Shown: one piece after another, positions 1-11,900 of the stretch
How the letters are laid out: every line of letters starts with the position of its first letter
How positions within the stretch are numbered: position 1 is the first letter of the stretch
Translations under genes and position numbers: made by a program
DNA from: an uncultured bacterium
Lineage (GTDB): Bacteria > Patescibacteriota > Minisyncoccia > Phycocordibacterales > GWA1-40-21
NCBI GenBank assembly: GCA_903831305.1
Contig: CAIKXE010000011.1
Span: forward strand, 12,002 to 76,001
Direction: 5' to 3'
Length of the DNA: 64,000 nt
Notes under the pieces: generated by a model
What the model saw: the letters and a program-made list of their open reading frames with translations, nothing else
What the model was told of the DNA's origin: nothing
The model's database searches: none

Positions 1-222
1 ATCTAAAAATTCTCCATCATTTTTAATTCTGTATAACATTTCTTCCGTCTTGTTTTTTGCTACCTCTTTGTCATTTATATTAAATATTCCTTTCTGTTTC
101 TCAATTTCTTTGTAGTCAAAATTTATGTTAGTAATATGATCTGGTGTAATACCTACGTCGTCTCTTATGTCTATAAGTCTTTGAACAAACCACCGCATTT
201 CTCTTTTTGTAGGTATATTCAT
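1..222 (-). CDS. hypothetical protein, runs off the left edge (partial)
   Basis: Manually translated open frame MNIPTKREMRWFVQRLIDIRDD... from ATG at 222 to the window edge with no stop; preceded by TGCTATGAT on the minus strand. Confidence 0.6.
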   Translation of the reverse strand, partial: MNIPTKREMRWFVQRLIDIRDDVGITPDHITNINFDYKEIEKQKGIFNINDKEVAKNKTEEMLYRIKNDGEFLD

Positions 223-291
223 GTTGTTTATTATCATAGCAGAAAAACCGCTTAATTTCACTATTTGTCTGCCTGGGGGTGGAGTATACGG

Positions 292-1188
292 TTAATCGTT
301 TGTGCTGTAGTGTGCCTTAAGATTCTCTACATGCTGGGATGGAGAGATATCCACGGTTTGGCATAGAAGGGATAGTTTTCCTATGATTAACAGGATACTT
401 TCTTCAGTTAGACGTCCTTGCTCGAACTTTTTGAAATATTGGATTAGATCATCTATCTGGAGTACTCCTTCTATTGGTGGTGTTTTTATTTCACAAGCTT
501 CAGTAAAGACAACGATGCTTTCAAAACTATTTTCGGGGATAGCCGGAAACAGCTCCTTTAGCGCCATTATATGGGACCAGTTTTGTCTGATGGGATTTTG
601 AAATTGAAACTTATTTTCTCCACCCGGCAATGACTGTGTCCAGCTCTCTTGGTCTTTGCTACCAAATATCCAACCTTTATAATCCTTGCTTTCAATTACA
701 AAAATTCCAAATTTTGATATAACAAGGTGGTCTATCTGCGAGGAACCATTATTAGTTGCCGGGATGATCAGATTGTTGAAAATATAGTAGTCTTTATAGT
801 TTAAGCCTTCAGCGAGAATATCAGCCACTTCTTGTTCACCCCAGGATAGACCTTTAGTATAACACCGACTTGTGTGCTTTCTATAATTAATTTCGGCAAT
901 ATCTTCCGTCTTTGGATTAGCGGGTATTGATTCTGTATTATATGCGGCGCTCCATCCCAAAATCTTTCTTATGATTTTGACTATTAGGAAAACAATTACA
1001 AATAAAATACCGAGGGAGAAGATAGCACCAATAAATACTCCAGGTGAAGAGGTAAAAAATCCAATCAACAACAAAGAACCGACAAAGACAAATATGGGTT
1101 TTATCATTGAATCATCTCTTGAATTACGATATGCCGATCGGCGTAAATAATATGAACCTCTTTTTCTGTAGTTGTGAAAGTAACCCAT
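292..1188 (-). CDS. NERD (nuclease-related domain) protein with N-terminal TM segments
   Basis: GEQEV...QIDHLVISKFGIFVIESKDYKGWIFG...W.Q...FQNPIRQN is the NERD signature; two hydrophobic helices near the N-terminus. Confidence 0.9.
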   Translation of the reverse strand: MGYFHNYRKRGSYYLRRSAYRNSRDDSMIKPIFVFVGSLLLIGFFTSSPGVFIGAIFSLGILFVIVFLIVKIIRKILGWSAAYNTESIPANPKTEDIAEINYRKHTSRCYTKGLSWGEQEVADILAEGLNYKDYYIFNNLIIPATNNGSSQIDHLVISKFGIFVIESKDYKGWIFGSKDQESWTQSLPGGENKFQFQNPIRQNWSHIMALKELFPAIPENSFESIVVFTEACEIKTPPIEGVLQIDDLIQYFKKFEQGRLTEESILLIIGKLSLLCQTVDISPSQHVENLKAHYSTND

Positions 1189-1189
1189 A

Positions 1190-2032
1190 TTAATTACAAT
1201 TTAACGCTTTACGCCAACCGGCATCAGTAGCTTCTTTCTCAGTACAGAACCACCTTTCACCCTTACTTTCATCTATCGTTGTTTTAGCATAGGACCCACA
1301 ACCTATCATATGGTAGATCTTTTCCTTTGTTGAGCCAATATTACCCTTGATGGAGCAGGTACTCGTCCCATTTGTCTGGGTAGCTGCACCGGTAGTGGTG
1401 ACCCCAGCCGTTGAGGTAGCGTTTGGACAAACACTATCTCCCCACAGGCCAGCTTTATTAACCTCAGCCTCTTTTTGCGCTTTCTTGAACTCTGACTGAT
1501 ATTTATAGGGCACATCATAAGTATACTCGTAAGCATAGCCCTCCTTAATCATCAGGAGATTAAAACTGGTCCCATCTTCAAGAAAAACATATCTAAGTAA
1601 CCGGTCGTACTTATCTCTTTCGCCAGAAATTATATCAGCTTCCAAATATACTTTCTGACCACTTAAAAGTTTCTTAGCCTTATCTGAGGCTTCTCGTCCA
1701 AAACACTCTACTGGCTTCCTAGGGTCCACTGTTTCCGGTGTGTTTATTCCTATCAGCCTTACTCTCTCTGTTTTACCATCAAGTGAGACATCAATAGTAT
1801 CGCCGTCCACCACTTTGACTACATCAAGCAACTTCAGATCTGTTGTGAGTGGTTTGACAGAAAGACTTGCTCCAGTACTAGAAGCTATGGACCCTGCTAC
1901 CGTATTTATCTGCTCCTTTTTTGTGTTGGTATCATGACTAGATAGGGAGATAAAAATAATTAATAATACAACTGCTATAATTCCTGTAACATACGCCCTA
2001 TTTTTAAAAATATCTTTTATTTTATTGATCAT
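1190..2032 (-). CDS. thermonuclease (SNase family), membrane-anchored, with C-terminal Cys-containing domain
   Basis: [31 protein letters not shown] motifs; C-terminal CSIKGNI...IYH..GC..Y...GERWFC.E.EA..AGWR. Confidence 0.9.
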   Translation of the reverse strand: MINKIKDIFKNRAYVTGIIAVVLLIIFISLSSHDTNTKKEQINTVAGSIASSTGASLSVKPLTTDLKLLDVVKVVDGDTIDVSLDGKTERVRLIGINTPETVDPRKPVECFGREASDKAKKLLSGQKVYLEADIISGERDKYDRLLRYVFLEDGTSFNLLMIKEGYAYEYTYDVPYKYQSEFKKAQKEAEVNKAGLWGDSVCPNATSTAGVTTTGAATQTNGTSTCSIKGNIGSTKEKIYHMIGCGSYAKTTIDESKGERWFCTEKEATDAGWRKALNCN

Positions 2033-2152
2033 AATAAGGATAGTGTATAACCAAACGTGATACTTCGCAACTTTCCACGGGGCTAATAGTAGGGTGGTAA
2101 AAAGTCAAAAAACGTGTAATAATAAAGGCTATTATAAATATGATATTAAATT

Positions 2153-3949
2153 ATGCAAAAATATACAGTTAATCAGTATTTTGTAAGCAATATATTAAAT
2201 TGGGTTCAAGAAAAGGAAATAGCGATCCCCGAGATTCAGCGACCATTCGTTTGGGATTCAGTGAAGGTCCGTGATTTAATGGACTCTTTATATAAAGGTT
2301 TTCCTATCGGATATATTATTGCGTGGAAGAACCCTGATGTTCGCTTGAAAGATGGAACTATATCAGGTGGTAAAAAAGTATTAATTGATGGCCAGCAACG
2401 CATTACGGCACTTAGGGCGGCGGTTCTTGGTCAAAATATAGTAAATACTGATTACAAAGAAGGACGTATTTATATTGCCTTCCACCCAATTACCGAAGAG
2501 TTCGCAACACTTACACCGGCTATCGAAAAGGACAAGGCTTGGATTCCAGATATTTCTAAGTTAATGACTAAAGATGGCGGACTCTTTCAGGATGTTACAA
2601 ATTATTGTGAAAAAAATCCTGAAGTAAGCAGAGATCTTATAGAAAGGAATATAGAAAAATTACTTCAGATTAAGAGTAAGCAAGTTGGATTTATTGAACT
2701 TGATTCAAATTTGGACATTGAGACGGTCACAGAAATATTTATTCGCATTAACTCCAAAGGGGTAGTCTTAAGTCAGGCGGATTTTGCCATGTCCAAGATT
2801 GCCTCATATGACAATGAAGATAATTTTGGAGTGAACTTAAGAAAGTGTATTGATTATTTCTGTCACCTTTCTCGTGAACCGCATTTTTATAAATACATAA
2901 GTGAGAACGACCAGGAGTTCAGTAAGACCCAGTATCTTTCCAAGATAGCCTGGCTTAAAGATGAAAATGATGATCTGTATGATCCTGATTACTCAGACGT
3001 ATTAAGAGTTAGTTTTACAAAACAGTTTGAAAGAGGAAAGATGGCTGACCTGGTAGGATTACTTTCGGGAAGGAATTTTGAAACAAGGAGTTTTGAGCAA
3101 TCAATAATGGACGAGTCGTTTCAGAAGTTAAGCATGGCTCTATTGGACTTCGTAAACGAAACATATTTTAAAGATTTTGTGATGGCTATCAAGTCCTCCG
3201 GTTTTATAAGCAAGGATTTGGTCAATTCACAAAATACCTTAAACTTTGCATATATTTTATATCTCAAGCTTAGAGAAAAAGGCGTAAACAGGGATGAGAT
3301 TAAACGATTAGTTTCAAGGTGGTTCGTGATGTCTTTATTGACCGGCAGATATTCTGGTTCACCAGAGAGTAAGTTTGATTTTGACATCAAACAGATTTCA
3401 AAGGATGGCGCTGATAAGGTGTTAAAAGCAATTGAGGATGCGGAGCTATCTGATGCTTATTGGAATTTTGGCTTGGTCCAGGCGCTCGATAAGGCTACTA
3501 TAAATAGCCCCTTTCTGAACCTGTTCTTTGCTGCTCAAATTAAGGCTAATGACAGAGGCTTCTTGTCCACGGACATAACGGTGGGAAGCATGATTGAGCA
3601 CAGAGGTGATATACATCATCTATTCCCAAGGGATTATTTGAAATCTAAAGGCTTAGAGCGCGGTGAATATAATCAAATTGCAAACTTTGTGTATGCTCAG
3701 TCGGAAATTAATATCAATATTGGAAACAAAACACCGAAGGGCTACATGCTAGATGTCATTGAGCAGACAATGGGCGGCAAATCAAAGTATGGAGGAATTG
3801 ATAATAAAGAGATTCTGATTGAAAATCTAAGACAGAACTGTATCCCTGAAGGTTTTGAGAAAATGGAAGTCGGTGATTATGAAAATTTTCTTAAAGATAG
3901 GCGTAAGTTGATGGCAAAGAAGATAGAGGGGTATTATAAGAGTTTGTAA
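2153..3949 (+). CDS. GmrSD-family (DUF262 + HNH-like C-terminus) modification-dependent restriction protein
   Basis: IPEIQRPFVW, LIDGQQR and IFIRINSKG DUF262 motifs; C-terminal DIHHLFP...IANF...N..I. Confidence 0.85.
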   Translation: MQKYTVNQYFVSNILNWVQEKEIAIPEIQRPFVWDSVKVRDLMDSLYKGFPIGYIIAWKNPDVRLKDGTISGGKKVLIDGQQRITALRAAVLGQNIVNTDYKEGRIYIAFHPITEEFATLTPAIEKDKAWIPDISKLMTKDGGLFQDVTNYCEKNPEVSRDLIERNIEKLLQIKSKQVGFIELDSNLDIETVTEIFIRINSKGVVLSQADFAMSKIASYDNEDNFGVNLRKCIDYFCHLSREPHFYKYISENDQEFSKTQYLSKIAWLKDENDDLYDPDYSDVLRVSFTKQFERGKMADLVGLLSGRNFETRSFEQSIMDESFQKLSMALLDFVNETYFKDFVMAIKSSGFISKDLVNSQNTLNFAYILYLKLREKGVNRDEIKRLVSRWFVMSLLTGRYSGSPESKFDFDIKQISKDGADKVLKAIEDAELSDAYWNFGLVQALDKATINSPFLNLFFAAQIKANDRGFLSTDITVGSMIEHRGDIHHLFPRDYLKSKGLERGEYNQIANFVYAQSEININIGNKTPKGYMLDVIEQTMGGKSKYGGIDNKEILIENLRQNCIPEGFEKMEVGDYENFLKDRRKLMAKKIEGYYKSL

Positions 3950-3957
3950 TTGTAATT

Positions 3958-6900
3958 ATGTCTAAAGAGCCTAGAAAAACAAATAAATCTAACGATATAA
4001 ATGAAACTTTTTCATACGGTGTAGTTTATGTTTATTCTATTCCGGACGAAAAACATAAGGGGCGTTTAAAAATCGGTAGTGCAACTATAACTTCAGCCAA
4101 GTCAACTCAAGATGACGTCAATTTAGCTGCTGAAGAGCGAATACAGCAACAAACAAAAACGGCTGATATTTCTTATGTACTTGAGCATGCAGAGCTCGCT
4201 ATTACAAATGACAACTGTTTTTTCCGTGATCATGATGTTCATGAAGTTCTCAAGCGATCAGGTTATGAACGTAAAACAGAGAATGTTAAAAATGCACACT
4301 CGGAGTGGTTTGAAGTTAGTTTAGACGTTGCAAAGAAAGCAATTCAAGCTGTAAAAGAAGGGCGAACAGCATTAATGACTGGAGAAAAAATTGCTCCCAA
4401 GACTTCTGAATTTTCTTTTCGTCCAAACCAGCGCGAAGCGATTGATAAAACTATCAGAGCCATTAAGAAAAATCGCAAACATTTTCTTTGGAATGCAAAG
4501 ATGCGTTTCGGTAAAACATCAGCGGCTATGCAAGTGGCTAAAGAGAATGAAATGAAAAGAGTCATTATCGTCACTCATCGCCCTAGCGTAAGTGTTGATT
4601 GGTACGATGACTTCAACAAAGTATTTATTGGCACAAACTATGAATACTCTTCAAAAACAAAAGGCTTAAATATAAGTACCCTCATGAAAGGTGACAAACC
4701 TTTTGTTTATTTTGCATCTTTACAAGATTTACGCTTATCAAAACGGGTAGTAGAGGATGGGTCCGCTGGATCTAAGGCTGCAGGATTTGATAAAAATGAT
4801 GAAGTTTTTGATACAACCTGGGACATGCTAATTATTGATGAAGCCCATGAGGGAACACAAAGTAATCTCGGGGATGCTACTTTTTTAAAGATACCAACAA
4901 ACTTTACGCTACAGCTTTCCGGCACACCTTTTAATATTCTACATAAGCACGAAGAAGAAGATATATACACCTGGGACTATGTAATGGAACAGGAAGCAAA
5001 GCTCAATTGGGACGAGCGCAATCCCGGAGTACCAAACCCTTATGCTGAACTACCAGCTCTGAGTATTTTTACTTACGACATAGATACATTTGCTAGCCAT
5101 ATTGGTAAATTAGGCGAAGGTTTTCATGATTCCTTAGACGGTGCTTTTAAATTCCATGAGTTTTTCCGTGTACAAAAAGATAATGAGGGTAATGATACTG
5201 CTGAGTTTGTCCATGAGCCGATGGTTAAGAAGTTCTTAGATTTATTGGCTGATGATAAGTTAAAGACAAAATTCCCATACGCGACAGAAGAATACCGTAA
5301 CTATAACAAGCATTCCCTCTGGTTATTACCGAATCGTGTCAAAGTTATTGAAGCAATGGAGAAATTGCTTAAGGACCACCAGATTTTTGGTTCTAATCAA
5401 TTTGGCGTTGTAAATATTTCTGGAGATAGTCGTGATGATGAAGAAGATAAAGACGCCAAGGATCGCGTTACCAAGGCAATTAAAAATTATGACTATACAA
5501 TAACACTAACAGGTCAACGTCTCACAACTGGGGCATCTGTTCCTGAATGGACAGCAATCTTTATGATGTCTGACACAAACTCTGCCACTACCTACTTACA
5601 GACAGCTTTTAGATGTCAAACTCCAGCAAGAATAGATGGTAAGCTAAAAACACAAGGATATGTATTTGATTTTGCTCCAGATCGTACTTTGAAACTGGTC
5701 GCTGAGGCGATAGAGCTTAACCACAAATCAGGAAAGACTAATTCACCAGAACAGAAAGAAGCGATGAGACAATTTCTTAACTTCTGCCCAATTTTAGCCG
5801 CGGAGGGTGGAACAATGAAGCTATATGATGTGGGGAAAATGCTCGTTCAATTGAAAAAAGCCATTATTGAAAGGGTTAGCCGTAATGGTTTTGATGATCC
5901 TAAATTATACAACGATGAGTTGTTACGACTTGATGAGCTAGATGTAGCTAAGTTTAATGCGCTCAAAGCTATTGTTGGTAAATCTACTAGTGAAAGAATA
6001 AACGAAATTGAGATTAACAGTCTTGGTATGACTGATCTCCAAGCAAAGAAAGCAGAAGAAGCTGAACGTAAGAATAAACAAAAGAAAGAGCTATCAGAAG
6101 AAGAAAAGGAAAATTTGAAAAAATTAAAGGAAGCCCGTGAGCAGAAGCAGACGGCTATTAGTATATTACGCGCTGTGAGTATACGTATGCCGATGTTGGT
6201 ATATGGAGCAAATGTATCAATCCACGATGATATAACTTTGCAAAAGTTTATTGAGCTTGTTGATGAAGAGTCTTGGCAAGAGTTTATGCCGGTGGGACTA
6301 ACAAAAGAAAAGTTTAAGGAATTTACTAAATATTATGATGAGGAAGTATTTAAGGGGGTTGCTCACAGTATTCGGGCCAAAGCTTTTGATTGTGATGACC
6401 TCTTACCGACAGATAGAATACGCACAATTTCTGAAATATTCAGCACTTTTAAGAATCCAGACAAGGAAACCGTCCTAACACCTTGGAATGTGGTGAATAT
6501 GCATCTAACCAAAGCTTTTGGTGGCCATGATTTTTGTAGTGAGGTTATAGATAAAAAAGGAAAACCAGAATGGAAGAGTTATAATGTTGATACTAGTGTA
6601 TGGTCCCAGGACGACACAAAGATCCTTGAAATAAATTCAAAGTCTGGTTTGTATCCCTTGTTAGCATGTTATAATGTATATTCGAGACAGCTTAAGAATA
6701 GTAAAGAGAGAAATAAACTAGAAGAGAAGATATTTAGACAAGTATGGAATAAGGTTTTGGCGGATAATATTTTCGTGCTTTGTAAGAGTCCAATGGCTGT
6801 GAGTATCACAAGACGAACGCTTGCCGGATATAGCGGTGCTAGGACGAATATTATTTATATTAAGGACCTGGTTAATAAACTCCAACAGAAAGGTGGTTTT

Positions 6901-7974
6901 AAGGATTATAATTTAAAGAATGAATTATTAGAAAAGTTTAATTTAAAAGATAAAGATATGAAATTCACAGCCGCCGTAGGAAATCCCCCATATCAAATAC
7001 AAACTAAAGATACGAGTGATAATCCTGTCTACCATCTTTTTATGGATGAGTCTTACAAATTAGCAGATAAGGTTGCATTGATTCATCCAGCTCGTTTTTT
7101 ATTTAATGCCGGAAAGACTCCAAAAGAATGGAATAAAAAGATATTAAATGATAAGCATACTAAAGTCATTTTTTATGAACAGCAGTCGTCCAAGGTTTTC
7201 CCGAACACAGATATTAAAGGAGGGATTGCAATAACCTACCATGATATTAGTAAGGATTTTGGTAAAATTGGTTCATTTACTAGTCATCCTGAACTTAAAA
7301 CGATACAGGAGAAAGTCGAGAACCACGACAATTTTGCACCGCTGAGCGGAATGATATACCTACAGAACAAATTTAATCTTGATGCGTTATATAAAGATAA
7401 TCCATCGTTTAAAAAAATAATTGGAAGTAGTGGCAGAGAGAAACGTTTAACTTCTCCAATATTTGAACAACTTAATGTTTTTGTGGATAATCCAAAGCAC
7501 GATACAGATGTTAGAATTTTTGGTTTGATAAAAAATAATCGAACCTATAAATGGATAGGCAAAAACTATTTAGAAAAACATCCGAACTTAGAGAAGTATA
7601 AAGTCTTAGTTGCTAAGGCTAATGGAAGCGGGGCTCTTGGTGAGGTGCTCTCATCTCCTATTATCTGTGAACCTTTTACAGGTTTTACATTTAGTTTTAT
7701 CTCATTTGGCGCCTTTAATGATGAAGATGAAGCTCAAGCGGTTCTAAAATATATCAAAACAAAGTTTGCGCGAACTATGTTGGGAGTATTAAAAATTACA
7801 CAGGATAATCTTCCTAGGACTTGGTCAAAAGTTCCTCTTCAGAATTTCACTAATAAATCTGATATTGATTGGTCGAAATCTATTCCTGAGATAGATAAAC
7901 AACTGTATGCGAAATATGGTCTTGATAAAAAAGAAATAGACTTCATCGAGACACATGTGAAGCCTATGGTTTAA
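3958..7974 (+). CDS. restriction-modification fusion: GIY-YIG/T5orf172-like nuclease + SF2 helicase + Eco57I-type N6-adenine methyltransferase + target-recognition domain
   Basis: N-terminal VYVY...LKIG...SEWF; Walker A AKMRFGKT, DEAH, LSGTP, QTAFRCQ; motif-I-like ILEINSKSG and motif IV GNPPY; C-terminal IDWSKSIPEIDKQLYAKYGL. Confidence 0.85.
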   Translation: MSKEPRKTNKSNDINETFSYGVVYVYSIPDEKHKGRLKIGSATITSAKSTQDDVNLAAEERIQQQTKTADISYVLEHAELAITNDNCFFRDHDVHEVLKRSGYERKTENVKNAHSEWFEVSLDVAKKAIQAVKEGRTALMTGEKIAPKTSEFSFRPNQREAIDKTIRAIKKNRKHFLWNAKMRFGKTSAAMQVAKENEMKRVIIVTHRPSVSVDWYDDFNKVFIGTNYEYSSKTKGLNISTLMKGDKPFVYFASLQDLRLSKRVVEDGSAGSKAAGFDKNDEVFDTTWDMLIIDEAHEGTQSNLGDATFLKIPTNFTLQLSGTPFNILHKHEEEDIYTWDYVMEQEAKLNWDERNPGVPNPYAELPALSIFTYDIDTFASHIGKLGEGFHDSLDGAFKFHEFFRVQKDNEGNDTAEFVHEPMVKKFLDLLADDKLKTKFPYATEEYRNYNKHSLWLLPNRVKVIEAMEKLLKDHQIFGSNQFGVVNISGDSRDDEEDKDAKDRVTKAIKNYDYTITLTGQRLTTGASVPEWTAIFMMSDTNSATTYLQTAFRCQTPARIDGKLKTQGYVFDFAPDRTLKLVAEAIELNHKSGKTNSPEQKEAMRQFLNFCPILAAEGGTMKLYDVGKMLVQLKKAIIERVSRNGFDDPKLYNDELLRLDELDVAKFNALKAIVGKSTSERINEIEINSLGMTDLQAKKAEEAERKNKQKKELSEEEKENLKKLKEAREQKQTAISILRAVSIRMPMLVYGANVSIHDDITLQKFIELVDEESWQEFMPVGLTKEKFKEFTKYYDEEVFKGVAHSIRAKAFDCDDLLPTDRIRTISEIFSTFKNPDKETVLTPWNVVNMHLTKAFGGHDFCSEVIDKKGKPEWKSYNVDTSVWSQDDTKILEINSKSGLYPLLACYNVYSRQLKNSKERNKLEEKIFRQVWNKVLADNIFVLCKSPMAVSITRRTLAGYSGARTNIIYIKDLVNKLQQKGGFKDYNLKNELLEKFNLKDKDMKFTAAVGNPPYQIQTKDTSDNPVYHLFMDESYKLADKVALIHPARFLFNAGKTPKEWNKKILNDKHTKVIFYEQQSSKVFPNTDIKGGIAITYHDISKDFGKIGSFTSHPELKTIQEKVENHDNFAPLSGMIYLQNKFNLDALYKDNPSFKKIIGSSGREKRLTSPIFEQLNVFVDNPKHDTDVRIFGLIKNNRTYKWIGKNYLEKHPNLEKYKVLVAKANGSGALGEVLSSPIICEPFTGFTFSFISFGAFNDEDEAQAVLKYIKTKFARTMLGVLKITQDNLPRTWSKVPLQNFTNKSDIDWSKSIPEIDKQLYAKYGLDKKEIDFIETHVKPMV

Positions 7975-7977
7975 ATT

Positions 7978-8910
7978 ATGAAAGTCTCGACGCGTAATAT
8001 TGATATACTCGAAAACACGCTTCGTCGTACCGGTGATTTGCTGGATATTCTTCTATTGGACCGCACCACAAAAAAGAATATCATCTGGGCAACAGATTCA
8101 TATGAAAAACATGGCAGAGATTTTTTAGCTAAAACGAGAATCATGCCAGAATTGGTAACTGGTAAGTGTGGCTTGCTCATACAACCACGCGCTGCTAAAA
8201 GTTTGGATGAACAACGTCTACGCACTAAAGACAAGGCTGAGGTTTTTACACCATTAAAGATTGTAGATCAGATGAATAAAATGATTGAGACTGCTGACCA
8301 CAGTAGTCTGCCTAGTAAAAGTAATTGGCAAGAATACGTTCGTGAATTGAAGATTGAGATTACCTGCGGTGAGGCCCCCTTTATTGTTAGTCGCTATAAT
8401 CCAATTGCAAATACTCGCAAAATTATTAAATTAGATAGTCGCGTTGGTTTTTTAGATAGAAAATTGAAAATAGTATCTAAATATTGTCCTACGAAAAAAG
8501 AGTGGTTGTTTTGGGCAAAAGAAGCTTTTAGGGCAAGTTATGGCTATGAATGGCAGGGGGATAATGTGCTGCTTGCGCGTGAGAACTTGTTGTACACGCT
8601 TATTGACTATTACAAAGCTAAATTTAAAGAGAAACCATCTCTCAAGATACAAGAAGAATTTGCGGAAATTATAAGTTGGAATATATTCCAAATGGACGGC
8701 CTGCGGTACGTTATTCCTATGAGTTGCCATCATGAGAGCAGGGTTATTCCTAGTGTAGCTACGCTTTTTGGTGAAATACCAGGTAAGGTTGAGAAGAATG
8801 AATGTGAAGGCTGTAAGTATAATCGTCCAAATAAACACAACGGAAGACATGTCCAAATTATGGATTGGAGTAAGAATAAGGTAGTAAGGTTCGTGGATTT
8901 AATTAAATAA
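7978..8910 (+). CDS. RM accessory methyltransferase-like subunit (SAM-binding half, no NPPY motif)
   Basis: KAEVFTP, EITCGEAPF, YGYEWQGDN, WNIFQMDG; no (N/D)PPY; starts 3 nt after the RM fusion gene. Confidence 0.75.
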   Translation: MKVSTRNIDILENTLRRTGDLLDILLLDRTTKKNIIWATDSYEKHGRDFLAKTRIMPELVTGKCGLLIQPRAAKSLDEQRLRTKDKAEVFTPLKIVDQMNKMIETADHSSLPSKSNWQEYVRELKIEITCGEAPFIVSRYNPIANTRKIIKLDSRVGFLDRKLKIVSKYCPTKKEWLFWAKEAFRASYGYEWQGDNVLLARENLLYTLIDYYKAKFKEKPSLKIQEEFAEIISWNIFQMDGLRYVIPMSCHHESRVIPSVATLFGEIPGKVEKNECEGCKYNRPNKHNGRHVQIMDWSKNKVVRFVDLIK

Positions 8911-8992
8911 GACTAAAATTAGGGGCGTAATATATAAAGTATCCAGTAGTAGGTAGTTACGGCGGTTTAATGGAAAAAATAAGGAAACAAAT

Positions 8993-11900
8993 ATGAAGAC
9001 ATTTTTTTACAAAAATATTATTTTAAAAATAAAGAGCTTTTTTCAAAAGAAAGAAAGGTCCTTATTAGACATAGCAAATAGAGAAAAAAAGAATAATAAA
9101 GAACTAAAACGTATTGTTAAAAATAAACTTCCACCGCTATGGATGCCATCCGTTTCGTCCTTTCTAAGAATATTTTTTGTAATGATGTTTTTTTGGATAA
9201 TTTCACATCCAAAATATTTAGTAGAGTTAATACTTTCACCGTTACATAGTTTGTTTTTACACACACCATTTCTTAAAACGGTAGTTCCTTACATTATAAA
9301 AATGTTTAGCTTATTACCACATTCAATACCTATTATTAGCGAAGGTGGTAATTTATTAGCAGTTCACGCGGGTGTAGGATCTGTTTTGATTGGGTTAGCC
9401 TTTTTTGTTGCACAAAGTTTAACAGACAAGAGCGATTCTGAAAAATCTAGGGTGCTATTGTATAAAAGTTATTTTTTCCCCTTACTGGTAGCTGAGGTAA
9501 TGGCTTTCTTTTTCTTTATTGGAAAGACCAACGTCTTGGTATATATACCGATTGCAGGAATTGCTTTTTGGACTTTGTATTCTTTGGGTAAGGTAATAGA
9601 TATTCTTGTTAAAGAGTATAAAATGGAAGAAGCGAAAAAGAGAGTTCTTTTAAACGTAACAAAAGAGAATTTTATTAGAATATTAGATAGAGAAACAACA
9701 TATAGAATTGGTAATAATTTTATTTATAAAAAATATGAGAGTAGCGGGATTTTAGATGTCAATCCTTTTGGATTTTCCAGAGATAAAAAGACGGTGGTCA
9801 GAATAAAATCACAAAAAAGTGGTGCAATCGTGGATATTAAAATGAACGAGCTTGAGAGATTAATACTACTATTGAGTCAGGCGGTAAAAGTAGATTTTCC
9901 TATAGGAAATGCTGAGACAACTAACGATAATGGGGTCAAAGTTAAAAGTGAATCACTATGTTGTTTATTAACATTACTAGGTCATAAAATAGAATTAGAG
10001 CAGCCATTATTCGAGATCAAAAAAGAAATCGCTGATAAGATTGGTGTGAAAAGATTAGAAAAAATAATCGAGAGAGTGTTTTTAATAAAAGATGACATCT
10101 CAGAAGTTGAGGCACGTACCGAAGTTTTAAAATTAAAGGATAGGTGTATCCTAGCAATAAACAATCAACAAACAGGAGAATTAGAGAAGATAATAAAATT
10201 GTATGTCGAACTTGTTAATGAATTTTCTAAATATTTTAATTTGTATCATGGCGGATGTTTTTCGTCAGAACAAGCAAGACAGGAAAGAAACTCATTTTTT
10301 GAAAGACTTAAGCCTCTAGACTGGATATCAAAAGATATTAGAGAAATTTTTGATAGAGGGATAAATTCTGAAGATCTAAATATTATCAGAGATGTTGCCT
10401 ACTTGCCCATAATGCTGGTGCAACAAGCTATTGAAAGTAAAGACCATCTTATTTTTCAGGAATTCATACCTTATTCTTTGGTTCTGTACGAAAAAGCCTT
10501 TGATTTCTCAAAAAAAGATAGAGAAAAGGAATCAGAGATAATGTTTGATCGGACTTGGCGATATTTGAAGGAACTATCCGCATATTATCTCGAATCAAAA
10601 TTAAAGGAAGAAGATTACCCTGAGGGTGACTTTAAAGACTATTACATCCAGATACTTAAAATTTTACAGGCACTATTAAAGTCATCATTTGATAAGAAGG
10701 ATTTGACTAATTTTAATAAGTTCTTAAAAGTTACCTCAGATTTATTTAACAGATTAGATAGACCGTACTCAAATTCTTCTTATACTAATACTGAAAAAGT
10801 CTTTAATCTTCTAGACGGTAAACGTCAGGAAATGTTCTTTGGGGTTTCTAGTTGGATTTTATTTATCTTAAAGAACAATAAAGATCTCCAGGTCAGAGAA
10901 TTTTATAATGCAGTACAAAATGAATTACCTTCAGATATCATCGAATTCACAAGGGTGTTTTTACAATCTCATAGTTTTGATACCGAAGATCATTGGGGTT
11001 GGGATTGGTGGGAATCCAGGCCGGATGAGGGCGTACATACGATAAATGTACTTGAAAAACTTGAGCAATTCTTTGTGGTTAGACTATTGATATTATTAGG
11101 ATCAAAAAGTGACCAAGAAATTGAAAAAATTAGTTTACCTCATAATAGGGATTTAGCTTTTCTTGCCGAAGGAACAAGAGACGCAATCAAGATTATAGAT
11201 GATATTGAAAAAAACCCTGGTAATTGGACTTTTATTTTAGATAGCGAATCTGTAAAAAGATGTCTAGCATTACGTAATCTACTTAAAAAAGCACATGATC
11301 AGCAGGAACAAGATGATTTAAGGTGTAAACGTGAAGCTGATATTTCAAGAGATAAAGTTGAAAAATTTAAGAAGTATTTTATTGAAAATTATAAACAGAG
11401 TCATCCAATCAAAGAGATGTTAAAAGACTTTGGTCTTCTTTCAAATAAAACCAATAAAAAAGTTGGAAAAGAGATAAAAAAACTGGGAATTAATACTTTG
11501 TTTGATAAAGGTGCTTTTTTGGGTGATGAGGTCAATTGGTACATTCATTATACGGGAATTAAAGAAGCTTTTGGTTTTGGTAGGAGTATGGTTTATGGTG
11601 AGAATGAATATGTTCTTGGAAAAATCAGAGGTAAAGCTAAAGAAATAACAGAAGATAGGTTTGAAAATACTTTGGCGGGGATCCAATTATCTAACATCGT
11701 CCTTATTGCTACAAACCATGCTGTATGGAAGTTCTTTGAGAGATCAAATAGTAATTGGATACCTAAGTGGCATAGCGAATTTCCTAAAGAGCTCTTCGGT
11801 AATCAAATAATTGAAGGTGTCTACAGATTTAAAGATAAAATCATTCCGGTCTATCAGCTATTTACTTCAGGTTCTAGTAGTTCAGATATCTTTATTTTAG

